NCBI GenBank assembly: GCA_002269645.1
Contig: NIVC01000463.1
Coordinates: 124,001-188,000 of the forward strand
DNA length: 64,000 bases
Source: Macrostomum lignano
Lineage: Eukaryota
Direction of reading: 5' to 3'
Part shown: in pieces, positions 25,235 to 36,640 of the stretch
How the letters are laid out: each line of letters starts with the position of its first letter
How positions within the stretch are numbered: position 1 is the first letter of the stretch
Position numbers and translations under genes: made by a program
Notes under the pieces: model-generated
Told to the model about the DNA's origin: nothing
Database searches by the model: none
What the model saw: the letters and a program-made list of their open reading frames with translations, nothing else

Positions 25235-26070
25235 GGGTGTAATGCTGGGATCTCCCAGGGTGTAATGCTGGGTTCTCCCAGAGTGTAATGTTGAGATCTC
25301 TCAGGGTGTAATGCTGGGATATCTCAGGGTGTAATGTTGAGATCTCTCAGGGTGTAATGCTGGGATATCTCAGGGTGTATTGTTGAGATCTATCAGGGTG
25401 TAATGCTGGAATATCTCAGGGTGTAACGTTGAGATCTCTCAGGGTGTAATGTCGGGATATCTCAGGGTGTAATGTTGAGATCTCTCAGGGTGTAATGTCG
25501 GGATATCTCAGGGTGTAACGTTGAGATCTCTCAGGGTGTAATGCTGGGATATCTCAGTGTGTAATGTTGAGATCTCTCAGGGTGTAATGTCGGGATATCT
25601 CAGGGTGTAACGTTGAGATCTCTCAGGGTGTAATGCTGGGATATCTCAGTGTGTAATGTTGAGATCTCTCAGGGTGTAATGTCGGGATATCTCAGGGTGT
25701 AACGTTGAGATCTCTCAGGGTGTAATGCTGGGATATCTCAGGGTGTAATGTTGAGATCTCTCAGGGTGTAATGTCAGGATATCTCAGGGTGTAATATTGA
25801 GATCTCTCAGGGTGTAATGTCAAGATATCTCAGGGTGTAATATTGAGATCTCTCAGGGTGTAATGTCGGGATATCTCAGGGTGTAATGTCAGGATATCTC
25901 AGGGTGTAATATTGAGATCTCTCAGGGTGTAATGTCGGGATATCTCAGGGTGTAATGTCGGGATATCTCAGGGTGTAATGTTGAGATCTCTCAGGGTGTA
26001 AAGTCGGGATATCTCAGTGTGTAATGTTGAGATCTCTCAGGGTGTTAATGCTGGGATCTCTCAGGGTGTA
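25235..26070. repeat. 23-bp minisatellite, alternating A/B dimer (CTCAGGGTGTAATGTTGAGATCT / CTCAGGGTGTAATGTCGGGATAT), in USP intron 1
   Basis: About 36 units read directly. Confidence 0.95.
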
Positions 26071-26218
26071 GCATTAGAATCACGGAGATTACAACACGAG
26101 ATCTTCAGGAATTTAGAATTTAAATCACTAAGGCTAAGACAGTATCTGGGATCGCATCATCATGGAATCTACAAAACGCAACAGGTGCGAACTCTAAAAT
26201 TTCACCAAGGCCCCTCAC

Positions 26219-26838
26219 CGGTCAGCCAGAGTTTGCAAAGCGTCCAGCACGGCTTCGTGACTTGGCGAGGCCGAGCGATTCCGTCCGCACGAACGGAGAG
26301 CGGCGAGGAATCGTTCGCTGCTAAACAGAATTTGCAGGCAGGCATTCATAAAGCAGGAATTGCTGCTGCCAAGATTAACAAAGCCTATTGGTCTGTATCG
26401 ATGCCACAGCAGTTCATGCTGATCATGTTGTTGCTGCTGCTGCTGTTGCCGACCAACTAGCCTCATGCACAGGTTGCCAATGACGCTGCCCGTATCAGCT
26501 GGCGCCGGTTGCCATGCCAACACCTGATTAGTACTAGCAGTAGCATTTGTAGCAGTCAATCTATTATTAGAACCAAATCGAGGTGTAGCAACGCAGGTGC
26601 CAGACTGAGCTGGCCGGTTCTGCCACACCGGTTGGTCCACCTGGAGATCCGGGTGCGGCGGCTGCTGGCGCCACCAATGGTGCCACTGTCCGTACAGAAA
26701 CAGACAGGTGGCGCCTAGGGCGCTTAGAACGCGCCGCACTACAGAGACAATATCCGATTGACCGAACCAAATTCTGAGCAGGCCGTACAGTAAATTACAG
26801 ACCGATAATAGCCAGAGTAGCAATGGACTTAGCGACAT
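26219..26838 (-). CDS. USP, exon 1 of 4 (N-terminal hydrophobic segments and Cys box)
   Basis: ATG at 26838; GFVNLGSSNSCFMNACLQIL Cys box; CG/GTGAGG donor at 26218. The four exons total 1896 nt (631 aa plus stop). Confidence 0.88.
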
Positions 26839-27074
26839 TGTGTAGCGAATCGAACCCGCGACTAGGGCTAATAGGCCGCCTTCGGCTAGAAAGTAGTGCC
26901 ATGTTCGGCTTTGGAGCAGGCTGAAATAATTAATTTATAGTCCGGTTCAACTTTTTTGGTATTTATTAGGATAATTTTTAGAACCGTTAAGGCGATTTTC
27001 AATTACCGATTAAATCGATTCTCCTGAAGCGTTAAAGACAATACACGATACTAGAAGACTATTCAAGGTGAATC

Positions 27075-28080
27075 AAGGACTGTTAAGAGCAATTCTCAAG
27101 GACTGTTTGAGGCGATTCTCAAAAACTGTTTGAGGCGATTCTCAAGAAACGTTTGAGGCGACTCTCAAGGACCGTTTGAGGCGATTCTTAAGGACCGTTT
27201 GAGGCGACTCTCAAGGACCGTTTGAGGCGATTCTCAAGAACCGTTTGAAGCGACTCTCAAGGACCGTTTGAGGCGATTCTTAAGGACCGTTTGAGGCGAT
27301 TCTCAAAGGACCGTTTGAGGCGATTCTTAAGGACCGTTTGAGGCGATTCTTAAGGACCGTTTGAGGCGATTATCAAAGGACCGTTTGAGGCGATTCTTAA
27401 GGACCGTTTGAGGCGATTCTCAAGAACCGTTTGAGGCGATTCTTAAGGACCGTTTGAGGCGACTCTCAAGGACCGTTTGAGGCGATTCTTAAGGACCGTT
27501 TGAGGCGATTCTTAAGGACCGTTTGAGGCGATTCTCAAGGACCGTTTGAGGCGATTCTTAAGGACCGTTTGAGGCGATTCTTAAGGACCGTTTGAGGCGA
27601 TTCTCAAAGGACCGTTTGAGGCGATTCTTAAGGACCGTTTGAGGCGATTCTCAAGGACCGTTTGAGGCGATTCTCAAAGGACCGTTTGAGGCGATTCTTA
27701 AGGACCGTTTGAGGCGATTCTCAAGAACCGTTTGAGGCGACTCTCAGGACCGTTTGAGGCGATTCTTAATGACCGTTTGAGGTGATTCTCAAGAACCGTT
27801 TGAGGCGACTCTCAGGACCGTTTGAGGCGATTCTCAAGGACCGTTTGAGGCGATTCTCAAGGACTCCTTAAGGAGATTCTCAAGGACTCCTTAAGGCGAT
27901 TCTCAAGTAAGGCTATTCTCAAGAACCGTTTGAGGCTATTCTCAAGAGCCGTTTGAGGCTATTCTCGAGTACCGTTTGAGGCGACTCTAAAAAATCGTTT
28001 GAGGCGACTCTCAAGGACTATCTATGTTTAGATCTACTCTCAAGGACCGTTGATTCACCACTCAAGGTGAATCAAGGACC
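27075..28080. repeat. 23-bp minisatellite (GACCGTTTGAGGCGATTCTCAAG) upstream of the USP gene
   Basis: About 40 units, degenerate at both ends. Confidence 0.94.
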
Positions 28081-28819
28081 GTTAAAGAGCGATTCTTAAA
28101 GACTGTAGGAAGTTTCTCGGTAAAGCTTCCAAACAAATTCTAATGAGCTTTTAAAGAGATTTTCGAGGACCGTCTCCAAACAACTTTTAAGGATCCCTCT
28201 CAAGGCGACTCTCAAGGACTGTTTGAGGCGATTCTCATGGACCATCGTAAGACAATTCTTCAATAATAGACCTCATCAAAATCTCTGAGAAACTTACGCT
28301 TCGTGTTGCAGTAATACTTTAAAAATGCCGTCAATCGCCAGGAACACAATGTACTGCAGCAAATTGTTAAGCGCACACTGAACTATATAGTGCACTAGCC
28401 AATAAACTGGATCTAGCAGCAGTTCAGACAGCATCTGGAAGGAACAAGCAATGCCATTTTGAAACAAAGTTACATGTGGCCGTGAATACGGAATCGAACT
28501 CCGGGAATACTTTGACGCGTAAATCAAACGCGTTATACTGAGCAACTCCGCACCCATTTCCCACTTAAGTACGAGTATTCAATGGATTTATCGTCTACCA
28601 ACAGGCATGACGGGATATTCGGGAGCCTGATAAGGATTGAGCCTATGTTTATCTAAGCTTTGAGTCAAAACCAATTAAATTAATTAAGACTAGAAGAGAC
28701 GCAACAATCAGATTGTTACTTTTTTATTAAATAATTCTCAACAACCAAGCCGCAAAGCAATTTGTTTTAAAACGCACGAATTTCAATTACAGTAGGGTTT
28801 GCAAAGCAAGCCCCCACAG

Positions 28820-28959
28820 TGTCTGCATGTCTGCCCGTTCTAGTGTCTGTCTATCTGTCGGTCCGTTTTAGTGTCTTTCTATCTCTCTGTCTATTAGTCT
28901 TTCTATCTGTCGCTGTCTGTCTGTCTGTCGCTCTGTCTGTCTGTCTGTCTATCTGTCGC

Positions 28960-29018
<59 letters not shown>

Positions 29019-29100
29019 GTCTGTCTGTCTGTGTCTGTCTGTCTGTCTGTGTCTGTCTGTCTATCTGTCGCTGTCTGTCTGTCTGTCTATCTATCTGTCA

Positions 29101-29138
<38 letters not shown>

Positions 29139-29205
29139 TTCACTGTCTGTCTGTCTGTCTGTCTATCTGTCACTGTCTGTCTGTCTGTCGCTGTCTGTCT
29201 GTATT

Positions 29206-29240
<35 letters not shown>

Positions 29241-29447
29241 GTCACTGTCTGTCTGTCTGTCTGTCTGTCTATCTGTCTATCTGTCACTGTCTGTCTGTCT
29301 GTCGCTGTCTGTCTGTCTCTCTGTCTGTTTGTATCTGTGTGTCTGTCCGTCTGTTTTAGTGTCTCTCTATCTCTCTATATGTGTCTGTCTATCTATCTAT
29401 CTGCCTGCCTGTCTGTCTGTCTGTCTGTCTGTTTGTCAGTCTGTCTG
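28820..29447. repeat. Compound (TCTG)n/(TCTA)n microsatellite downstream of PUS1
   Basis: Read directly; explains the SVCL-repeat ORFs. Confidence 0.95.
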
Positions 29448-29870
29448 AATTGGTACCCGAATTCGTGAATAACACAACACCACAGATACCAGAGTAACTA
29501 AAGAGTTTGTGCCTTTGAAAAGATTCTCAACAACTTCACGGAACTGCGGTCCGCCAACTGCAGAGCTCGAAGCCTCTCTATCTGATCCTGACCTGATCAA
29601 GGTTTGTGTCTCTTCTCAGCTTTGTTCCCTTTTCACTCTAATTATCTCCTTTTTTCTCAAGCTAGATTATTAATCTCCTCCTTAACATAAAAAAGGTTCA
29701 CCGACCCCTGACATTGACAATGAAAATCCTCTCCCACAATTCAAAAGTACATTAGGCACTTCTATATTCTCATTTAAAGTACTTTTTTTCAAAATTAAAA
29801 TGCTTTCATTACTAAGTCATAAAAACACAAACACAAGATAGGTTGCTACTTAGGCACAATAAACAGAGTT

Positions 29871-30120
29871 TTAGGAGCCAGTATTCAAAGCGCCAGCACT
29901 GTTGGGCTCAGACGATGCAGCCTCGGATTGAGAATCTTTCTCAAACTGTTTAGGCTGCTCAGACTGCTGCTGCTGCTGCTTAAAAACCGTCGGAGGTCCA
30001 TCCTGTCGATCAAAGTCGTACGAATGCATAGTGAGCGTCCTCAGCCACTCTAGCATGCTTCGATTGTCGGTTTCGCCGCGATAAATTTCTGGCAGAATGT
30101 GACTGGACTTGAATTCGCTT
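29871..30120 (-). CDS. PUS1: Pseudouridine synthase 1 (TruA family), exon 4 of 4
   Basis: ATGCAG acceptor (phase 2); SEFKSSHILPEIYRGETDNRSMLEWLRTLTMHSY resembles the PUS1 C-terminus (FKEEHIYPTI...SMAQWLSTL); stop at 29871. Confidence 0.85.
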
Positions 30121-30289
30121 CTGCATTGATTGGTCATGTAGGACAGGGGACTGGCATGTTAGGGACTGTATTGGACACACGAAATTTGCCTTCTTTGAAT
30201 ATATACTACTTATTAAGTAACTAAAATGTATAAACTTTCACAAACAGACGATAATCTATAAACACTTATGGAGTGTAGTATCGTTATTC

Positions 30290-30365
30290 TATCTGTCTGT
30301 TCGTTTTAGTGTCTGTCTCTGTCTGCCTGTCCTTTTTAGTGTCTGTCTCTGTCTGTCTGCCTGCC

Positions 30366-30414
<49 letters not shown>

Positions 30415-30646
30415 GCCTGTCTGCCTGTCTCTGTCTGCCTGCCTGCCTGCCTGCCTGCTTGCCTGCCTGCCTGTCTGTCTGTCCATCTGCCTGTCTGTCT
30501 GTCTGTCTGTCTGTCTGTCTGCCTGTCTGTCTGTGTGTCTGCCTGCCTGCCTGCCTGCCTGTCTGTCTGCCTGCCTGTCTGTCTATCTGTCTGTCTGTTT
30601 CTCTCCCTGTCTCTGTCTGTCTGTGTGGCTGTCTGGCTGTCTGTTT
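30290..30646. repeat. (TCTG/GCCT)n microsatellite in PUS1 intron 3; reads (CAGA)n on the transcript
   Basis: Read directly. Confidence 0.95.
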
Positions 30647-30693
30647 CAGCCCGAGGACCATTTGTTTTCTACACAACAAAAGTCAGTACTCAC

Positions 30694-30825
30694 CGCTCGG
30701 CTTCAAACCGATCCCAATCGACAGTTGAGTAGCCCAATTCGGCTGCGTACTTTTCGTTGTAGGCGCCGTAATTAATTTTATTGAGCAGCAGGCCCAATCC
30801 AGGAGCTTTAGGCACGTCCATACGC
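30694..30825 (-). CDS. PUS1: PUS1, exon 3 of 4 (132 nt, phase 2-2)
   Basis: TTTCAG acceptor, CG/GTGAGT donor; [14 protein letters not shown] is the conserved PUS1 motif. Confidence 0.9.
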
Positions 30826-30959
30826 CTGAAATTTGGTATTGATACAAAATGGAGACGCTGCTGGATATAAGTCAGGGCTCGGCAGTTGGCAAGTGACAGC
30901 AAAGGAGAGGGAATAGAAGAAAGACGAGAGGAGGTCAGAGATGAGAGGAGATAAAAAAT

Positions 30960-31037
30960 AGACACGCAATAACAGAGACAGACAGACCGACACATTAACA
31001 GACAAACAGACATACAGACACAGATACAGACAGACAC

Positions 31038-31072
<35 letters not shown>

Positions 31073-31101
31073 GGCAGGCAGGCAGAAAGACAGACAGACA
31101 C

Positions 31102-31136
<35 letters not shown>

Positions 31137-31320
31137 GGCAGGCAGGCAGGCAGAAAGACAGACAGACAGATAGACCTAAGGCTGAGACAGGCAGACAGAC
31201 GGACAGACGGGCAGACATACAGACAGACAGCGACAGACAGACAGAGACAGACAGACAGACACACAGACAGACAGACAGGCAGACAGACAGACAGACAGAC
31301 AGGGAGGCAGGCAGACAGGT
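30960..31320. repeat. (GACA/GGCA)n microsatellite in PUS1 intron 2; reads (TGTC)n on the transcript
   Basis: Read directly; opposite orientation to the intron 3 array. Confidence 0.95.
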
Positions 31321-31345
31321 TTACGTGATACACATAGCAGCATAC

Positions 31346-31848
31346 TTATAGGTGAAAACGGCATCCATAGCTTCCAGCCGGCAGTAGCCTTTAACAATAG
31401 CAATGGCTAGGCCGACCATTTTCCGTATCTGATGCAGCATAAAGCTCTGGCCGCGAACTCTCAGTTCAACAAATTCGGCGTCGCGATACTCGAACGGCTC
31501 CCCAACAGTGAAATCGATAATGTACCGATTGCAGGAGGCGTCTCCGGGGGGCCTACCGGACGTGAAGTTATAATAGTTCTTTGTGCCTTTGTAGCGCGAC
31601 AGACAGGAGCGCAGCAGTTCCAGTTGTGTCGAGTCGATGCGATAAGTTATGTCGATTGGCCGGCTCTTTGAGGCGAATGCATAGCTTGGGCAGATGTACG
31701 CGTATTCCCTATGATTAACTCTAGCCTTGCAATTGAAATTCTTTGTGGTTCGAAATACGTCTAATAGGCGAATTTGCGTTGGCAGGCGACTGTTCACGTC
31801 GGCTTTTAAGGAGTCTGCGTCGCTTAAGTTGAGCTTCATAGACACCAC
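31346..31848 (-). CDS. PUS1: PUS1, exon 2 of 4
   Basis: CTCCCAG acceptor, AA/GTATGC donor; VVSMKL...REYAY...YKGTKNYYNFT...GQSFMLHQIRKMVG are TruA/PUS1 motifs. Confidence 0.92.
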
Positions 31849-32109
31849 CTGGGAGTCGGGACAGATTTTAATAAGCAGGTAAACGATTAGAGCAAATAAG
31901 GCAAAGGAATATATAATAAGTCGCGAAAATTGGTACTCAAATTCGTAAACAATACAAAACCACATATTACTAGTAGAATAACTAAAGATGTAAATTGCAA
32001 ACAATGCGCTAATATACTTTTTTTGTAGCGAAAAAGTGCGTATGCATGGCGAGCAAGAGAATGGGTGGCGCGCCAGGCCGATACACAGTTGGGTTTTCCT
32101 CTTGCTCGC

Positions 32110-33160
32110 TTGCGTCTGACTTTGACCTCTCTCCTTACTGCTCTCTCATTGGCTAAGGTAGATCGGGCCTGCCCCCTAGACTGAGTTTTTTCAGTCTGAC
32201 TTGGACCTCTCTCCTTACTGCTCACTCATTGGCTGAGCTAGATTGGGCCTGCCCCCTAGGCTGAGTTTTGTCCGTCTGACTTGGACCTCTCTTCTTACTG
32301 CTCACTCATTGGCTGAGCTAGATTGGGCCTGCCCCCCTAGGCTGAGTTTTGTCCGTCTGACTTTGACCCTCTCTCCTTACTGCTCACTCATTGGCTGAGC
32401 TAGATTGGGCCTGCCCCCTAGGCTGAGTTTTGTCCGTCTGACTTGGACCTCTCTCCTTACTGCTCTCTCATTGGCTAAGCTAGATAGGGCTTGTCCCCTA
32501 GGCTGAGTTTTGTCCGTCTGACTTTGACCTCTCTTCTTACTGTTCTCTCATTGGCTAAGCTAGATTGGGCCTGCCCCCTAGGCTGAGTTTTGTCCGTCTG
32601 ACTTGGACCTCTCTTCTTACTGCTCACTCATTGGCTGAGCTAGATTGGGCCTGCCCCCTAGGCTGAGTTTTGTCCGTCTGACTTTGACCCTCTCTCCTTA
32701 CTGCTCACTCATTGGCTGAGCTAGATTGGGCCTGCCCCCTAGGCTGAGTTTTGTCCGTCTGACTTGGACCTCTCTCCTTACTGCTCTCTCATTGGCTAAG
32801 CTAGATAGGGCTTGTCCCCTAGGCTGAGTTTTGTCCGTCTGACTTTGACCTCTCTTCTTACTGCTCTCTCATTGGCTGAGCTAGATTGGGCCTGCCCCTA
32901 GGCTGAGTTTTGTCCGTCTGACTTGGACCTCTCTCCTTACAGCTCTCTCATTGGCTGAGCTAGATTGGGCCTGCCCCCTAGGCTGAGTTTTGTCCGTCTG
33001 ACTTGGACCTCTCTCCTTACTGCTCTCTCATTGGCTAAGCTAGATCGGGCCTGCCCCCTAGGCTGAGTTTTGTCCGTCTAACTTGGACCTCTCTCCTTAC
33101 TGCTCTCTCATTGGCTAAGCTAGATAGGGCTTGTCCCCTAGGCTGAGTTTTGTCCGTCTT
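32110..33160. repeat. About 80-bp minisatellite (about 13 units, each with ATTGG) in PUS1 intron 1
   Basis: Unit CTGAGTTTTGTCCGTCTGAC...GCCCCCTAGG recurs at 32181, 32261, 32342 and onward. Confidence 0.95.
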
Positions 33161-33395
33161 GCGTTTACTTTTGTACATCGAGTTATATCATATGCTTGCT
33201 GTTTATTCTTAACCTCATATGCAGTATGCTCCTGAGAACGAAAACAAGAGGAAGAAAATTTTAGCTGCACATGAATTTAAGTGACACTGCACAGATATAC
33301 TGAAAAAGAGAGAGTAGGCGCTTTGATTTTTTCACAACTTGAAGTGCGAGTGACAATTCCAGTTATTCTGATATCTGTGCCTAAAACAAACAAAC

Positions 33396-33758
33396 CTGAG
33401 CAAGCGCGGACACGCCTTTGTCGGTCTTAGATGCCCGTTGGAATTGTAGTTTACCAGGCGATAAATACTCCTCCTCGGTAATGTGACCGCCAGCCAGCAA
33501 GCTATCAAACAGTGCGCCCTCAATAGTATCAAAGCCAGTATTGCGCTGCATACCATAGTATCCAGATCCGGAATACATCAGCATTAAAATGGCTTTCTTC
33601 ACATCTCCACGCCGCCTATTGATAGTACAGTTTCTAGTATTGCCAGTGGCTGCAACTGCAGCATCATTGTTCGAGTCTGAGGCCAGCTTGGCCTGCTTGG
33701 ATTCTGTAGGCTCAGCACCAGCACAGCTAGATTCTTCGTCTTCAATGGGTCGCTTCAT
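33396..33758 (-). CDS. PUS1: PUS1, exon 1 of 4 (catalytic motif)
   Basis: ATG at 33758; YSGSGYYGMQRN...TIEGALF...FQRASKTDKGVSA; CAG/GTTTGT donor (phase 0). Total 1248 nt (415 aa plus stop). Confidence 0.92.
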
Positions 33759-34344
33759 AGTTATTTAAGCAGAAGAGAAGTGTTTATAATACAAGTAAAA
33801 TTCGTTCTGTTAGTTGCCAGCTGGGCGACTGACTGAAGCCTGACAGAGACCAAATTTACTATAAAATAAGCACACTTTTTATAGAAGGAAAAACATTAAT
33901 TTTAAAAATATTGTTACCTTAATGATTATATACAAAAAGGTTAGAATATATTCTTCCTAAAGTACATCTATATTTTATATGCATTATTTGCATTATTGTA
34001 TATGCAAGTGCTGCCCAACCAAGCCAGCATAAATTGTGGTAGACTGTTTGTGTCTAGTGTCAAATTGTGGTAGTGTCTGTTTAAAAATTCTAAAATTTTT
34101 ATGACCAATTGAAGACCATTGTTACAATACTCTAGCTTTTACTAAAAATGCAACTTAGTTTTCCTATTTATCCAAAAACAATTCACATGGCTAGTGTAAT
34201 TCCAAAGATTGCACATGCATGCAATATTATGCAATGAATTTCACAGAGCCTAAACTTCTTAATATGACTGCAACTGTACATGTACAACCTCAATATTACA
34301 TTGGTCATCACGCAACTTATTCTAGTTTTGTGACTTACCCATAC

Positions 34345-34517
34345 ATACATGCGCAACCTTGGGAATCACTTGGCCATTTCTATAGGCAACATACACATGT
34401 AAGTTGCTATTGGCTGAGAGCAGTCACGTGACTACTATTCCATCCAATAGCAACTTACATATGTGTATTACCAATAGAAATGGCCAGGTGAATCCCTAGG
34501 TTGCACCCAAGCATGTA
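34345..34517. repeat. About 170-bp imperfect palindrome (hairpin/MITE-like) centred on AGTCACGTGACT
   Basis: Arms GCAACCTTGGGAATCACTTGGCCATTTCTAT...TAAGTTGCTATTGG and CCAATAGCAACTTA...ATAGAAATGGCCAGGTGAATCCCTAGGTTGC are reverse complements. Confidence 0.85.
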
Positions 34518-36640
34518 CCCATAAAACAAAGTAAAAAAATCTTTACTATATCACTAAATTTTGTTGGCTATTCTGCCTACCATTCTAGTCTACTTTTATG
34601 CTACATATTTTAATACCTATTCTACAATTCATTGAATCTATTCAATAGAAGCAAATATATTCACAAATGATATACCATACAATCTAATCATTAATTTCCC
34701 ATTAATGAGCTATCTCATCAAGAATTATAAGAATCTAGCAGCAGCATCAAGCTACCAATTATATTTTCTAATGGCAAGCAAATTACTTGCTTTCTAGAAA
34801 AGTATATTGCACTATTTGGCCTATTGTTGCAAATAAAACTTGATAACTTATAAGCTTGACATTCTAAGATAGCAACTTCAATTTTTCAAAGTCTATTTTA
34901 GATCAAGAATAAGGCTGTCTAGCAATTCTATGATATAGTGCTAGCAGTTGGCAACCTACATCAGAATGAGTATTACCTCTAGTCTTTTTTGACCTTAGGA
35001 TATTGAAAGAGCAAACAATGTTCTCAAATGACATATTTCTAAATTTCATAATCCAATAGTCAGGATCATGGCATATCTATGCTAGAAAAAATCCTATTAA
35101 AAAAGTTTGATTGCACTGTGCACAAGAATAAATCCTATTATATTTTTATACTACATTTTAATTTTTATGCACATGCATGCGTGTCTACATTTACATGCAT
35201 CTATGCATCAGCTAGATGCTTAAGGAGACATGGATAGATTGTGTACACCTACTATTAGGCTTTTCATACTACTATTTTCAGAACGGAATTGGTTTGGAAC
35301 CTTTTTATATAGCCTGCTCCATTTTCAGAACCATTTTTTGTCATGTTTCCATGTCACTATAACAGTAAAATATATTTAATTTGAAATCATCATTTTTATT
35401 AGCAGTTTTTGTCATATCTATTCAGGAGAAAAAAGTCGATGAGGTACAAAATTGCAATTATAAAGCTGATAAACATTTAAAATAGTTCCCTAATACTTTT
35501 CCTTCCAATTCTGTTATTAGAATTAGAATTATTTTATTCTGATTCTAGAACCAATCTTCATTAAAATCATATGGCCTATTTAAATATTATCAAAATAGTG
35601 TCAGATTATAGCTAATGTTATGAGTAGGCTGCCTCGGATAAAGTCGTAGAGATTGAATGTTTCATTAAACAAACACTATTGTTAGGCAAGCCACTCAAGC
35701 AAGTTCCCACTGTGTATGAAATTCAGGAAACTATAGTATACATTGGTTATGGCTTATAACTTATTTATCTATCCAAGTGCTAGAGCTAAGTTTATATGCA
35801 CCTACAATATTTGGCTAGTGGATTTCTTACTATTTATACTATTTAAAACAAATAATACTATACAGAATATTTTGAATATAAGAAATATTTTAATATTTGC
35901 ATAGTATAACAATACTAGTATTTTAAAATGCAATTTTATAAAAAATTTTTTGAAGAATAAGGCCTATCTCACAAATATTTTAAGTATGGGGAAGTTAGTA
36001 AATGGGGTTCAGTAGGGGCACCAAAAATTTTAGGTCTTATTTAGAGGGAGAGTTGCTCACTATACTTCTACTTGTAAAATGCACTGACCTATGCTGAATC
36101 TTTTTTCTTATTGTTAATGTAAAACAGAAAGTTTAACAGAAACCACAACTTTTCTTTCAGGTATCTACCTTGCATGAAGCAAAAATCATAGCTAATAGTA
36201 AGTTTTGAATGATATACTCTTTTTGGGAGCTACTATGAGTACATCTAGTCTCTTATATGAAAAATTTAGAGAGTTGTAGTAAGGTTGGGTGTTGTAAAAA
36301 ATATTAAAAAGAATCATGGTTGAGTGTCTCTGATTGGTTTAGGCTTACATGTACATGTTTTGAATTTTGTAGTATGGCTTCTACTATACAACAGTAAAAA
36401 GAAAGTAAAAACAATAAAAGTGTGTTAAATCAGCATGCTATTTAAAAATTTTTTTTTGTTTTTGCTAGAGCACCTGCGGCATGTGTGGCTAAAAAGCACA
36501 CCATATTACACACACAGCTGGCGAAGCAGTTCTAGCTACTGGAGTAGTATGTGTTGTGCACTGAATATGCCTAACCTGCCAAAAAATTGCTTGCATATTC
36601 AGATAGCATCAGTGCGATTTAAAGATTCAGCCAGACAGTC

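Noticed and set aside
19289-26838. Gene symbol USP30
   Set aside because: The N-terminal anchor fits, but the third catalytic residue and motif details differ; left unnamed pending phylogeny.
12101-28080. Direct-repeat arrays of 21-33 bp as possible CRISPR arrays
   Set aside because: Units are head-to-tail with no unique spacers, there are no cas genes and the context is eukaryotic introns.
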